From Patescibacteria group bacterium (GTDB lineage Bacteria > Patescibacteriota > WWE3 > UBA101185 > UBA10185): DNA of 64,000 nucleotides. Positions within the stretch are counted from its first letter, which is position 1. Each line of letters starts with the position of its first letter. Location of the stretch: NCBI GenBank assembly GCA_049322215.1, contig JBMORU010000001.1:516023-580022 (forward strand), read 5' to 3'. Made by a program: the position numbers and the translations under genes. Below are positions 48,384 through 58,972 of this stretch, one piece after another. Under the pieces are notes generated by a model. That model saw only the letters and a program-made list of their open reading frames with translations, was not told where the DNA came from and did no database searches.

Positions 48384-50471
48384 ATGTTTTTACGTAAATT
48401 ATTAAAACTAAGTAACAAATACATCCCATTTTTGGCGGTATTTGTTTATTCAGTCGGCATTTTTTTTATTGCACTAAGAATAAACATATTTAGATATAAC
48501 AACTTTGATTATGGAAAATTTGATTTGGGCAATATGACTCAAATGGTTTGGAATACAATGAATGGTCGTTTTATGATGCTTACTGACTTGTTTGGCACGA
48601 ATCTTCCTCGGTGGTCAATGAGTCATGTAGACCCAATTTTGGTGCTTTTTGTTCCAATTTTTGCTTTATTTCAATCACCCTTGACTTTAGTTATATCCCA
48701 ATTGATATTAGTGATATTTTCGTCGTTACTTATATATTTGATAGCAAACATAGAATTGAAATCAAAGTGGGCAGGTGCAGTTTTAGGAATATCCTTTTTG
48801 TTTTATCCAGCAGTGGGCTTTATTATTGCCTGGACCGGATTTCACGGCATATCCGCAGCAATCCCTTTTTTTCTTGGATCTTTTTACATATTAGAAAAAA
48901 TGTGCAAAGAAGAAAACTTTAGCTCACGTATGTTGGCCTTGTTTTGGATTTTAACTATTATTGCCATGTCAGGTAAAGAAGAAGTTTCTTTGTTTTATTT
49001 TGTTTTAGGCTTGTTTGTTTGGTTCATTAGAAAGAAAAAGAAATTTGGTTTGTTATTATCAGGTTTAGGCATTTTTTGGTTTTGTATGACCTTTTTCGTT
49101 ATAATTCCTCACTACGCACAACAGCGCATTGACGGATACAACGAATTTGCAAAGTCATTAGATTTGGTAGACGCAAACACGACTGACGTTGTAAACGACA
49201 ACTTCTTTTTAAGCCGTTATGAAGCGTTTGGTAGTTCTTACTCAGAAATAGCTGTAAACATGGTAAAAAGTCCTGATGAGGTGGTTCGTGTTATTTTCTC
49301 AGGAGATAAATCTGAAAATTTTAGTATGACTTTTGCACCCATGCTTTTTTTACCATTTTTATATTTACCTTTATTTGCTGTCGCATTACCTGAGCTATTT
49401 ATTAATTATTCAACTACTGCGGGTGGAATAGGGACTTCTGAAATATATAACCACAGAATTTCTCTTATAATTCCTGTTTTATTTATTGCAGCAATTTATG
49501 CAATTGGCTTACTAAGTCGTGTTTTTGGTAAAAACCAAGTAAGGAGAAAAATTATAATTCTCGCTCTTTCTTTGGGTGTTTTGGTTGGTAACGTTCAAAC
49601 TAGTTTTGCATATGAGAATCCAATATATTTATGGCTTACCCAGGCAGTGCAAAAAAGAGTTCCTGCTTTATTTGGTTCGTTAGTATTTGCTAAATCTGAT
49701 GAAATTTTAGCTAAAGAAACACTTAATATAGGCGATATAGTTAAATTATCCCCTGTAGAAGTAAAAGACAGAGAATGTGCTTTGCAAATTGTCAACTCTA
49801 TTCCAGAAGATGCTTCAGTTTCTGGGCCTGACTATTTAGGTGCTCACTTATCTATGCGTGAAACTTACGCTATTTTTCCGGCACTATATAAAGAGGCTGA
49901 TTACGTAATTGTAGACGTGTTTGCTGAGAAAATCTCTAGAATATTAGAGGTAGATAAATCATTAGTTAGAAACGTGGTTTCAGATATGATTACTAGTGGA
50001 AGATACAAGCTGACAGCTGCTTGTGGAAACTTATATGTGTTTGAGCATAAAAAAACCGAGGTGCTTGAATTACTTCCTCTTCAAGATGATTTTGATTACA
50101 CAGAAGAAGTCAACTTTGAAATGTTAAATACCTTGGCTGTTGTAGATTATTCGATTCCTGAGGAAATTATTCGTGAAGAACCAACTCATGCACAGTTTGT
50201 GTATATTAAAAGAGGGTCAGACTCACTAGATGGTTATGTGTTTTTTACCACTTTTGTTAATGAAGATACAGGAGATTTATATCAATTTGCTAATATTCCT
50301 TCGTATAGCTTAGAGCAACCTGCAGATTGGGAAGAAGAGCGTTACTATGTTGAAGATGTAGATTTAGTTTTACCTAAATACTTAAAGCCAGGTACTTATA
50401 AAGTTTTTGTAGGAATGAGTAACCGTATTAGAACACGCAGTGTTTACTTAGGAAATACTGAACTTCGGTAG
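48384..50471 (+). CDS. large polytopic membrane protein, DUF2079-like putative GT-C glycosyltransferase
   Basis: It is 695 aa with a multi-TM N-terminal half (FDLGNMTQMVWN...) and a soluble C-terminal half. Confidence 0.4.
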   Translation: MFLRKLLKLSNKYIPFLAVFVYSVGIFFIALRINIFRYNNFDYGKFDLGNMTQMVWNTMNGRFMMLTDLFGTNLPRWSMSHVDPILVLFVPIFALFQSPLTLVISQLILVIFSSLLIYLIANIELKSKWAGAVLGISFLFYPAVGFIIAWTGFHGISAAIPFFLGSFYILEKMCKEENFSSRMLALFWILTIIAMSGKEEVSLFYFVLGLFVWFIRKKKKFGLLLSGLGIFWFCMTFFVIIPHYAQQRIDGYNEFAKSLDLVDANTTDVVNDNFFLSRYEAFGSSYSEIAVNMVKSPDEVVRVIFSGDKSENFSMTFAPMLFLPFLYLPLFAVALPELFINYSTTAGGIGTSEIYNHRISLIIPVLFIAAIYAIGLLSRVFGKNQVRRKIIILALSLGVLVGNVQTSFAYENPIYLWLTQAVQKRVPALFGSLVFAKSDEILAKETLNIGDIVKLSPVEVKDRECALQIVNSIPEDASVSGPDYLGAHLSMRETYAIFPALYKEADYVIVDVFAEKISRILEVDKSLVRNVVSDMITSGRYKLTAACGNLYVFEHKKTEVLELLPLQDDFDYTEEVNFEMLNTLAVVDYSIPEEIIREEPTHAQFVYIKRGSDSLDGYVFFTTFVNEDTGDLYQFANIPSYSLEQPADWEEERYYVEDVDLVLPKYLKPGTYKVFVGMSNRIRTRSVYLGNTELR

Positions 50472-50496
50472 TGTTTGGGATTATAATGGCCAGAGT

Positions 50497-51954
50497 ATGA
50501 GTGAATTATATAAATGGCAAATTATTAGTTTTTTGTCTCGTATGGCCGCAATGGTCATTGGTATTGTCCAAACCTTTTTCATTATCAACATAATATCTAA
50601 AGCTGATTATGGTGTAGTCCAAATAGCCCTTGCAATTGGGGGTACTTATGGAATTTATCAACATTTAGGGTTGGCTTCAGGAAGCACTCGTGAAATAGCA
50701 AGCGCAAAAGATGATACTGAAGTTTTTAAAATATTCACTACCGCCACGGTTATAAGATATTTTGTTACAATACCCATAGCTATTTTCATTTATCTTAGAG
50801 CGCCTTATTGGGCGTTTGAAAGTTACAACGAGCCTCAACTTTTATTGCCACTTAGATTGTTTGCATTTGCGCTTTTATTTCAAGGAATGCAAAGTATGCT
50901 AAATTCAATAATATCTGGAACAAAACGCTTTAAACATTTGTTTTTGTACCAAGCTTTAATCTCATTCGTTAGTATTGGGCTTTATATTCCACTTGTTTAT
51001 ATATATGGACTAAACGGTTACTTTTATGCGTTTACAGCATTTAATATTATAGCTACACTTTCGCTTTCTGTAATTGCTTTAAAGCCATTAAGGGCAAGTA
51101 TTGAATTACCCTCGCGCGAAGACTTTAAGCGCTTACTAAAGCAGTTATTTTCTATTACTCTGGCAATTTATGCTGTTAAGGTTATATTAACTGTTTGGGA
51201 AAAAACGGGTCCTAGAGTTTTGCCTTTTGTGGTCTCAGCCGAATTAGTTGCAGTGTTTTCTGTAGCTTTGCTTTACGGAAAGAAATTAATGAATATTTCG
51301 GATTCAGTTACAGATGTAAATTTGCCGGTTTTTTCGGAAAAGTACGCTAGTAATTTGCAAGAGTTTAAGTCTGAATTTGTGTCTAACTTTAATAAACTAT
51401 TTGTTTTGACAATATTTACTGCGGTAGGTGCTGTATTTTGGTCACAAGAAGTGTTTCATATTGTTTTTCAAGAAGTTAACTACGACGAGGCTTTACCCTT
51501 GGTAGCACCTTTAGTTTTCACTTTCATTTTTTATTCCTTCGTTAATATTTTAAAATCAAGTATTTTAGTTCCGGCAAGGCTTGTATTTGAGTTAATAGCA
51601 GGGTTTGTAGCATTATTAGGCGTTACTTATGGGTTTTATTATTATTTTTTACACACAATAGGCCCCTTAAACGCTATGGCTTATGGAATGCTAGCCGGAG
51701 CGCTCGCAGGTTTTTTTGTAATATTAGTTGGTTCTCAGAATAAACTGTCTTTTTCATATTTTGGATTCTGGCATGCACTATTACTATTGTTTGGTGCTTT
51801 CTTTAGTTTTTACACTATTAGTACGGTATTTTTTACCAAGCTTTTAGTGTTTTTTGTGTTTTGTGCTTTGTATGTGTGCTTTGTGATTTATTCTAAGTTT
51901 GTTTCGTATTCTGATATTAAAAAGCTACTGTTATTACTTAATAAATTTAGGTAA
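50497..51954 (+). CDS. MOP-superfamily oligosaccharide flippase (Wzx-like)
   Basis: It is 485 aa with about 12-14 TM helices and polysaccharide biosynthesis protein-like topology. Confidence 0.5.
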   Translation: MSELYKWQIISFLSRMAAMVIGIVQTFFIINIISKADYGVVQIALAIGGTYGIYQHLGLASGSTREIASAKDDTEVFKIFTTATVIRYFVTIPIAIFIYLRAPYWAFESYNEPQLLLPLRLFAFALLFQGMQSMLNSIISGTKRFKHLFLYQALISFVSIGLYIPLVYIYGLNGYFYAFTAFNIIATLSLSVIALKPLRASIELPSREDFKRLLKQLFSITLAIYAVKVILTVWEKTGPRVLPFVVSAELVAVFSVALLYGKKLMNISDSVTDVNLPVFSEKYASNLQEFKSEFVSNFNKLFVLTIFTAVGAVFWSQEVFHIVFQEVNYDEALPLVAPLVFTFIFYSFVNILKSSILVPARLVFELIAGFVALLGVTYGFYYYFLHTIGPLNAMAYGMLAGALAGFFVILVGSQNKLSFSYFGFWHALLLLFGAFFSFYTISTVFFTKLLVFFVFCALYVCFVIYSKFVSYSDIKKLLLLLNKFR

Positions 51955-52006
51955 TTACGGTTTTTCTTGTAAATTAGGTATAATTTACTGTGCCTGCAAT
52001 ATTTAT

Positions 52007-52936
52007 ATGAAAAAAACAATTATAAAAATATCAATAAGTGTAATTTTGTTTGGAATAGTTTTATTTAACATAGATAAAAATTCTTTAATAACAAATATTT
52101 CCAAAATGAATATTGCATATATTCCATTACTAATAGGATTTTTAGTAACAAATTATTTAGTAAGCTCCGTAAGGTGGAAAAAGCTATTAATTCATAAAGA
52201 TAGCCATAAAGTATCTGTAAAGTATTTAGCAAAATTATATTTTGAAGGTGCGTTTTTTAATAATTTCATGCCCACAAGCGTTGGGGGAGATGTATATAAA
52301 ATATACAAATTGGGGAAAAAGCTTGGAAGTACTGCTCACGCATTTAGTTCTACTTTTATGGAACGTTTTACCGGAGTTATTGCATTAGTACTTATTTCTT
52401 ACGTAGGCTTATTTACTGCACTAGGAACTTTTATTTCACTATTTCCAACAGATATAACATCTAATGAACTTTTATTAACTATTGTAAAAGTGCTATTGTT
52501 TGCGGGGTTTTGGGTAGCTGCCTTTGCAGGATTCATTGGTTTAAAAATAATTTCATTAAGAGTAAATAAAATTAAAAAAATTTATGATGCGTTAATGGAG
52601 TATCGAGGTAGGTATGCTGTACTAGGATGGGCATTTTTAACTTCTTTTATAGTACAGTTTTTAGCTGTTTTTACTCAATATTTTATTTTTAAAGCTTTAG
52701 GGGTTGATTTACCTTTAATGTATTCGTTATTTGTGTTTCCGGTAATAACTTTAGCAAGCTTTTTTATACCTTCATTAAATGGCTTAGGTGTACAAGATAC
52801 TTTATATATACAGCTTTTTACATTAATTGGAGTTAATAAAGAATTAGCGCTTAGTGCTTCAATCTTATATCATATCTTTAGGTTACTAGTAAGTTTGATA
52901 GGCGGTGTGATCTATGCTTTCAACAAAGAAAATTAA
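52007..52936 (+). CDS. flippase-like domain protein (MprF/LPG-synthase TM region family, UPF0104)
   Basis: It has about 8 TM helices and the motif NNFMPTSVGGDVYKIYKL. Confidence 0.45.
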   Translation: MKKTIIKISISVILFGIVLFNIDKNSLITNISKMNIAYIPLLIGFLVTNYLVSSVRWKKLLIHKDSHKVSVKYLAKLYFEGAFFNNFMPTSVGGDVYKIYKLGKKLGSTAHAFSSTFMERFTGVIALVLISYVGLFTALGTFISLFPTDITSNELLLTIVKVLLFAGFWVAAFAGFIGLKIISLRVNKIKKIYDALMEYRGRYAVLGWAFLTSFIVQFLAVFTQYFIFKALGVDLPLMYSLFVFPVITLASFFIPSLNGLGVQDTLYIQLFTLIGVNKELALSASILYHIFRLLVSLIGGVIYAFNKEN

Positions 52937-54506
52937 AGCCATTTTGTTTTGTGTATTTGTTTTATCTTTTTTTGGCTCTCATATTCCTTACCTTGGTCGT
53001 GATGTTATAAATCCCGATGCCGTTAACTGGCACAATCGCTCAGAGCAATTTGTTGTAGCTTTAAAAGGAAGAAACTTTGAAAACACTTACCAGCATTATC
53101 ATCCGGGTGTTACACAAATGTGGTTAACAGGGTCAGTAGTAGAAGCAGTGAAGCAACTGAATGGGTTTTCTACATATGATAAAGATAACTACCTTTTGTT
53201 GCATACTGTTGCTAAATACGCTAACGTTGTTGTTCAGTTTGCTTTAACCTTAACTTTGTTTTTTGTTTTAAAAGCATTATTTTCAAAAACAAACTCTAAA
53301 TACACTTTTGAAAAGGCAATCCTAATAGTTACGCTTCTATCTATAGAACCGTTTTTTCTTGGAAATGCAAGATTGATACATTTAGATATTTTTCTCACAC
53401 TTTTTGTGTTTATAGGACTAAGTTTTAGCTACTTGGCGATGCTTGAAAAGAAACTTTTATTTACGTTTTTATCAGGAGCATTTCTTTCGGCAGCTTTTTT
53501 GTCAAAAAGCATAGCTATAGGAGCTTTGCCTTTTGTATTAATTGTTTTCGGTTATTTAACTTATATAAAGCAAGGTAAAGGATATTTATTAAAATCCCTT
53601 GTGCTGTTTTTAGGCACTTATATGGCAACAGCATTTTTATTCTTTCCAGCATTGTGGGTTTCTCCTGCAAAAGTTTTGATAGATATTTTTTCAGAAGGGG
53701 AACGCATTGGCGTTAGAAACGGACATACACAAATAGTTATGGGTGAATCTTCGGAGGATCCGGGTATATTCTTTTATCCGCTTATACTGTTAATGAAGAC
53801 TTCTCCTTTTGTTTTATTTGGAGTTCTAACATTTATATTTACGGCTCTAAAAAATGTAAAAAAAATACACAGGCCATTAACTCAATACTTAAATAGTACT
53901 TATGGGTATCTTTTTTACTTGGGAATATTTTATTTAGGTTATTTTAGTGTTATGACTTTTCCAACAAAAAAACTAGATCGTTATATGCTTCCGGTATTTC
54001 CTTATTTGGTTTTGTGTTCTGTATTAGGCTATTTTCTTTTTTCTTCCATTTATAGGCATGTAGTAGCTAAGTTACTAATTGTCCTTTTATTATTGGTTTT
54101 TATACTTTGCCCGTTGTTTAGGTTATACCCCTGGTATTTTACTTATACTAGCCCTTTATTTGGATCCGCCCAAAACGCAAACAGTATAGTTGCACAAAAG
54201 CCTTTTGGAGTAGGTATTCCTGATTTAAAGGAATATATTTTTAACACATATAACGAAGAGTATCCTAACATTGGGTTTATTGACACAAAACCCATGCGTG
54301 CAATTTATAAAAATTCTTCAATTTATGACATTAGGGTATCAGGAACCAGTGATTATGATATTTTAGTACTAGCTATAAACGAGGAAATGCCTGAAAAAGT
54401 AATTGAAAGTGACAATAATTTTATTTATGACCGGTCTTTATTTATTAATGGTTTAGAGTTTTGGAAAATTTATGTTAAAGAAACCTCGAGATTTTATAAA
54501 AACTAA
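52914..54506 (+). CDS. GT-C-type membrane glycosyltransferase (GT39/GT83-like), paralogue A
   Basis: It is multi-TM with YHPGVTQMW and KKLDRYMLP motifs shared with 56025..57641. Confidence 0.5.
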   Translation: MLSTKKIKAILFCVFVLSFFGSHIPYLGRDVINPDAVNWHNRSEQFVVALKGRNFENTYQHYHPGVTQMWLTGSVVEAVKQLNGFSTYDKDNYLLLHTVAKYANVVVQFALTLTLFFVLKALFSKTNSKYTFEKAILIVTLLSIEPFFLGNARLIHLDIFLTLFVFIGLSFSYLAMLEKKLLFTFLSGAFLSAAFLSKSIAIGALPFVLIVFGYLTYIKQGKGYLLKSLVLFLGTYMATAFLFFPALWVSPAKVLIDIFSEGERIGVRNGHTQIVMGESSEDPGIFFYPLILLMKTSPFVLFGVLTFIFTALKNVKKIHRPLTQYLNSTYGYLFYLGIFYLGYFSVMTFPTKKLDRYMLPVFPYLVLCSVLGYFLFSSIYRHVVAKLLIVLLLLVFILCPLFRLYPWYFTYTSPLFGSAQNANSIVAQKPFGVGIPDLKEYIFNTYNEEYPNIGFIDTKPMRAIYKNSSIYDIRVSGTSDYDILVLAINEEMPEKVIESDNNFIYDRSLFINGLEFWKIYVKETSRFYKN

Positions 54507-56028
54507 AGAAGCCAGGTACTTTTGGTTACTACTTTTTGGTGCTTTTTTAATACGTGTAATTGGTATTGGCCATGGATATCCGTTTGTATTTCATCCTGAT
54601 GAACCTTCTGTAATTCGTTCTGCATTAGGTTTAATGTTTGAACCTAATCCAAAGCACTTTGATTGGCCGCATTTTCACTTTTATTTAAACTATCATTTAT
54701 TTTGGAATTTCACGAAATTTCGTCGTATATTTACAACTAGCACAGGTGTTTTTTCTATTTTATGGAAAGAACCAATAATTTTTTATCTAGTTTCACGTGC
54801 TTTTAACTCGTTACTTGGCGCTCTAACCTTAATTCCTGTGTATCTTACAGGCAGGTCTTTATTCAACAAAAACGTTGGATTGATAGCTGCCGCGCTTTTG
54901 ACTATACTGCCGTTTCATGTGCATGCCTCTCGACTTGCTTTAATAGATGTTCCTATGACTTTTTGGTTATCTATTGGCGTATTTTTTTCTGCCAAAATAC
55001 TCACCAACCCTAACTATAGATACTATATATTTTCTGGATTCTTTATTGGATTAGCAGCTTCTACCAAGTATAACGGTGGGTTAGTTGCTTTGGCAGTCCC
55101 AACAGCTCATATACTTAGAACCATGTACTCAAAAGACGAAAAAGTTGCAAGTGTTCGTGGTGCACTATCTCTTGTTTTTTCAGGTATTTTTGCAGCTTTT
55201 GGATTTATATTAGGCACACCCTATGCGCTTCTTGATTTTAAAACGTTTTCTCGAACAGATAGCCCAAAGGGGGCACTTTGGCAATTTACTAATGTTGGTA
55301 GTGTTTCGGGAGCGGATCAATTTCATCAGTTTTTAAATGTTATAACATTTAAGTTATCCGATGATTTTGGGTTTACTATATTAGTTGCTTATTTTATGTG
55401 TGCGCTAGTTTTTATACTCGCCGCTGTTTTTTATAAAAGCGGAAGATTTACTAATTTAAATATTTTAAAAGAGAAATCAATTGAAGTTTGGTTTTTACTT
55501 ATACCATCATTGTTTATGTTTTATTACATTTCCGGGTTTGCTAAACCTCGTTCTCACTACTTTATGATGGTGTATCCGTTTGTCGTTTTATTAGCAGGCG
55601 CATTTTTACTTGAATTTTTAAAAATTTTTTCCAAATACAAAAGTGTACTTTTAATAGCTTTTTTTGTGCTCCCACTTTATATGACTAGCTTAATTACTGT
55701 GCGTGCTTTACGCGCAGACACTCGAGTTTTGCTTTACAAGTGGTTGGAGAATAATTTAACGAATGAAGATTTAATTTATTATTCCAACAAAGAAACAAAA
55801 ACTGTACTAGAACCTTTTAGTAATAAATCCAACAGTATTAAAGAAGTAAATACTCCGACCCAACATGATGTAATGATATTCACATTTTCCGATCATGAGT
55901 ACAGTAATTTTCTACATGGAAACAGTGACTATGATTTTGTGAATAAAACCGCGTCCTTAAAAGAAGAAATAAAGCCTTATTATAGAAACGGACCAAACAT
56001 ACTAATATATAGAGGCACCATAAAATGA
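54472..56028 (+). CDS. GT-C-type membrane glycosyltransferase (ArnT/PMT_2-like)
   Basis: It is multi-TM with an HPDEPS first-loop motif typical of PMT_2/ArnT-like GT-C enzymes. Confidence 0.55.
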   Translation: MLKKPRDFIKTKEARYFWLLLFGAFLIRVIGIGHGYPFVFHPDEPSVIRSALGLMFEPNPKHFDWPHFHFYLNYHLFWNFTKFRRIFTTSTGVFSILWKEPIIFYLVSRAFNSLLGALTLIPVYLTGRSLFNKNVGLIAAALLTILPFHVHASRLALIDVPMTFWLSIGVFFSAKILTNPNYRYYIFSGFFIGLAASTKYNGGLVALAVPTAHILRTMYSKDEKVASVRGALSLVFSGIFAAFGFILGTPYALLDFKTFSRTDSPKGALWQFTNVGSVSGADQFHQFLNVITFKLSDDFGFTILVAYFMCALVFILAAVFYKSGRFTNLNILKEKSIEVWFLLIPSLFMFYYISGFAKPRSHYFMMVYPFVVLLAGAFLLEFLKIFSKYKSVLLIAFFVLPLYMTSLITVRALRADTRVLLYKWLENNLTNEDLIYYSNKETKTVLEPFSNKSNSIKEVNTPTQHDVMIFTFSDHEYSNFLHGNSDYDFVNKTASLKEEIKPYYRNGPNILIYRGTIK

Positions 56029-57641
56029 AAAAAATAGCCAGTTACTATAAAAAGTACAAATACCTATTGTGTGTTCCATTTTTATTTATTCTCTTAAGAG
56101 CACCTACTCTTGGTTATGATATGTTCAACACCGATGTTTTCAAGTGGAAGGCTAGAATATTTGATTTCGGTAGTGGCATATTTTATCTAGATTTCGCAAA
56201 AACAATACAAAAATATCATCCTGGGGTATCACTAATGTGGCCTGGGGCTTTAGCTGTAAAGTTTTTTAATCTTAAGTATGACTTATTTAATGGTTTCCCT
56301 CCGCCTGACAATGACATAAACGTTGTTTTCGAACTACACGCTGTTCAAAAGTTTGCTGTTGTTTTTGTAATAGCAGTAACTTTAACATTCATTTTTTATG
56401 CTTTGGAAAAAACTATTGGTAGAAAATATGCAATATTAGCAACTTTCTTGATAGCAGTTGAGCCTTTTTATGTAGCATTAACACGTGTGATACACCTTGA
56501 AGGTATGATGACTACTTACATGCTTGCATCATTTAGTTGGTATTATTACTTTTTACAAGACAAAACACAGCGCAAGCGCTTACTGTTTTCAGGGGTATTT
56601 GGGTCATTAGCTGTTTTAACTAAAACTACCGCACTGTTTATGTTACCATTTGTCTTTTTGATTTCGTTTTTAAGTAGTTACTTAAAAACACATCAGTCAA
56701 TAAATTCTTTAAAATTTAGCTTCAAACATGGATTGCTCTGGCTAGCAATAGCTTTTTTTGGATTTGTACTATTATGGCCTGGTGTTTGGGTTGCACCTAC
56801 TGAAGTTTTTAGTGCGTTAACGCGTGGTGTAGATACAATAGGAATCGAAGGCGGTCATGGTCAGTTATTTTTAGGAAATTGGATAGAAAGCGACCCGGGT
56901 GTGATTTTTTATCCTGTAGTTTTATGGCTACGAAGTTCACTTTATCTGCTAATAGGTTTAGTTGGCTTTCTATTTATTGCAAAAAATCTTAACAAAAAAG
57001 AAAAAGAATTTGCGCTATTTGTATTTTTATTCGCAGTTTTTTATACTATTGAGCTTTCAATCCCGTCGAAGAAATTAGATAGGTATTTACTTCCATCTAT
57101 AGTTTCTCTGTTACTATTGTCTACTTTTTTTTATAAATATTTATGGGAAAAGTTAAAAGATGCTAAGAATTTAAGACTTCTATTATTTATACCCGCACTT
57201 ATTCATTTAGTTTATTTACATCCTAACTATTTTGCTTACTACAACCCTTTGGCAGGTGGTTTATCTAAAGGGATATTCATGCTTGAACCAAAATGGACAT
57301 TTGGGCAACAGGAGTTAATGCAATATTTAAATGAGCTTGTGGTATCTGAAAATCTTGAATTATTTAGCAAAGGAGAATCTTTTCATAACTCAGATAGTTT
57401 AGATAACAAGCTTACTGTTGCTTTTCCTGAGAAGTACTATACACAGCTTGAACCATTCATTAAGCTAATAGGTGGTTGGGCAGTAATTGAAAGTTTAACT
57501 GCAGAGGCAATGGAAACAAACTTTTTTATTTATCCTGTGTGGGATGACTACTCAGCAAACGAAACAAGATTTGATCTTGAAAAAATTGGCACCGTAAAAG
57601 TTCACGGTGTAGATATATACAATGTATACAGGAGATACTAA
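56025..57641 (+). CDS. GT-C-type membrane glycosyltransferase, paralogue B of 52914..54506
   Basis: It shares YHPGVSLMW and KKLDRYLLP motifs with 52914..54506 and has a soluble C-terminal domain. Confidence 0.5.
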   Translation: MKKIASYYKKYKYLLCVPFLFILLRAPTLGYDMFNTDVFKWKARIFDFGSGIFYLDFAKTIQKYHPGVSLMWPGALAVKFFNLKYDLFNGFPPPDNDINVVFELHAVQKFAVVFVIAVTLTFIFYALEKTIGRKYAILATFLIAVEPFYVALTRVIHLEGMMTTYMLASFSWYYYFLQDKTQRKRLLFSGVFGSLAVLTKTTALFMLPFVFLISFLSSYLKTHQSINSLKFSFKHGLLWLAIAFFGFVLLWPGVWVAPTEVFSALTRGVDTIGIEGGHGQLFLGNWIESDPGVIFYPVVLWLRSSLYLLIGLVGFLFIAKNLNKKEKEFALFVFLFAVFYTIELSIPSKKLDRYLLPSIVSLLLLSTFFYKYLWEKLKDAKNLRLLLFIPALIHLVYLHPNYFAYYNPLAGGLSKGIFMLEPKWTFGQQELMQYLNELVVSENLELFSKGESFHNSDSLDNKLTVAFPEKYYTQLEPFIKLIGGWAVIESLTAEAMETNFFIYPVWDDYSANETRFDLEKIGTVKVHGVDIYNVYRRY

Positions 57642-57644
57642 TTA

Positions 57645-58931
57645 GTGCCTAACGAAATAGTTGCTAAAGCAAAAAACATACTTTTTTCTGGAACAATAAT
57701 AGTTACTATTGGGTTGTTTGTTACCAACATTTTAAGCTATTTACTCCAGCTTTTTTTAGGTAGATATTTAAGCCTGACTGATTATGGCGTTTTTACCGCA
57801 CTTTTATCACTTTTTTCAATTTTAGGTATAGCTACAACAGCTTTAACTACTTCATTAATAAAACTAACTTCTGAGTTAAAAGCAAATGAAGATTACGAAA
57901 AGCTAACAAACCTTTTTTGGCAGTTTGTAAAAATATCAATTCTTGTAGTTTTTGTATTTGTCACGGTGCTTTACTTTGCACGTGACTTTTTAGGTTCTTA
58001 CTTAAATATAGAAGATCACTATATTTTTCCTGTGTTTGGTATGTACATTGGTCTTACTTTTTTAAATGCAGTGCCTTCTTCGTATCTGCAAGGTTTATTA
58101 CGTTTTAAAGCGTTTGCTTTTTTTAGTGTTTTAAGTAGCTCGCTGCGTTTAGTAATTTCAACACTTTTTGTAATTTTTGGTCTTTCTGTGGCCGGTGTTT
58201 TTTATGGAATGAGCATTGCTGTAGTTTTATCCTTTTTCGTTTCACTATTTTTGTTAAGTAAAAACTTTATAAAATACAATAACAATAACCTTAAGCCCTT
58301 TTACAAAAAAGTTTTGGTTTTTAGTACCCCTGTGTTATTTGTGAATGTTGGTATGATGATACTAAATAACATTGATGTAATTTTAGTAAAGCATTTTTTC
58401 GATTCAGAAACTGCAGGTTTGTATTCTGGTGTTGTTACAATGGGTAAAATTTTGCTTTTTGGTGCTGGGACTATAGGTATTGTTATGTTTCCTCAAATTT
58501 CCGAACTTTACACTAAAGGAGTTCCTTATTTAGCTAAATTTAAAGAATTTTTTTTGATACAACTTGTTCTAATATTAGGCGGTTTGGCTTTTTTTACCCT
58601 TTTTCCTGAGTTAATAACCAAAATCATGTTTGGGCATAAATTTTTGGAATCGGTCTCGTTAATTCCAAAGTACACTTTATTTGTAGGAATTTATGTTTTG
58701 ATAAACTTTATGATTCTGTTTTTTTTAGCTATAAACAAAACACGCGTGTTTTTACTTCAGGTTCCTATAGTGATTTTTCAATATGCATTTATTAATTTAA
58801 AGCATTCAACATTAGAAGAAATAATAAATATCAATATTTTTGTGTCAGCACTTCTTTTACTATTAGTTTTGTTGTACTTTTATTTTGTGCTTAAAGAAGA
58901 AAAACCTTCACACACTATTGTTGTAGACTAA
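57645..58931 (+). CDS. MOP-superfamily flippase (Wzx-like), GTG start
   Basis: It is 428 aa with about 12 TM helices. Confidence 0.45.
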   Translation: MPNEIVAKAKNILFSGTIIVTIGLFVTNILSYLLQLFLGRYLSLTDYGVFTALLSLFSILGIATTALTTSLIKLTSELKANEDYEKLTNLFWQFVKISILVVFVFVTVLYFARDFLGSYLNIEDHYIFPVFGMYIGLTFLNAVPSSYLQGLLRFKAFAFFSVLSSSLRLVISTLFVIFGLSVAGVFYGMSIAVVLSFFVSLFLLSKNFIKYNNNNLKPFYKKVLVFSTPVLFVNVGMMILNNIDVILVKHFFDSETAGLYSGVVTMGKILLFGAGTIGIVMFPQISELYTKGVPYLAKFKEFFLIQLVLILGGLAFFTLFPELITKIMFGHKFLESVSLIPKYTLFVGIYVLINFMILFFLAINKTRVFLLQVPIVIFQYAFINLKHSTLEEIININIFVSALLLLLVLLYFYFVLKEEKPSHTIVVD

Positions 58932-58972
58932 AAAGTGTTTTTTTAGATTAATCATGTGGTATATTTGTCCTA

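Noticed and set aside
48611-48922. 103-aa plus-strand alternate-frame ORF inside the DUF2079-like gene
   Set aside because: It overlaps a much longer ORF in another frame and is a chance open frame in a T-rich region.
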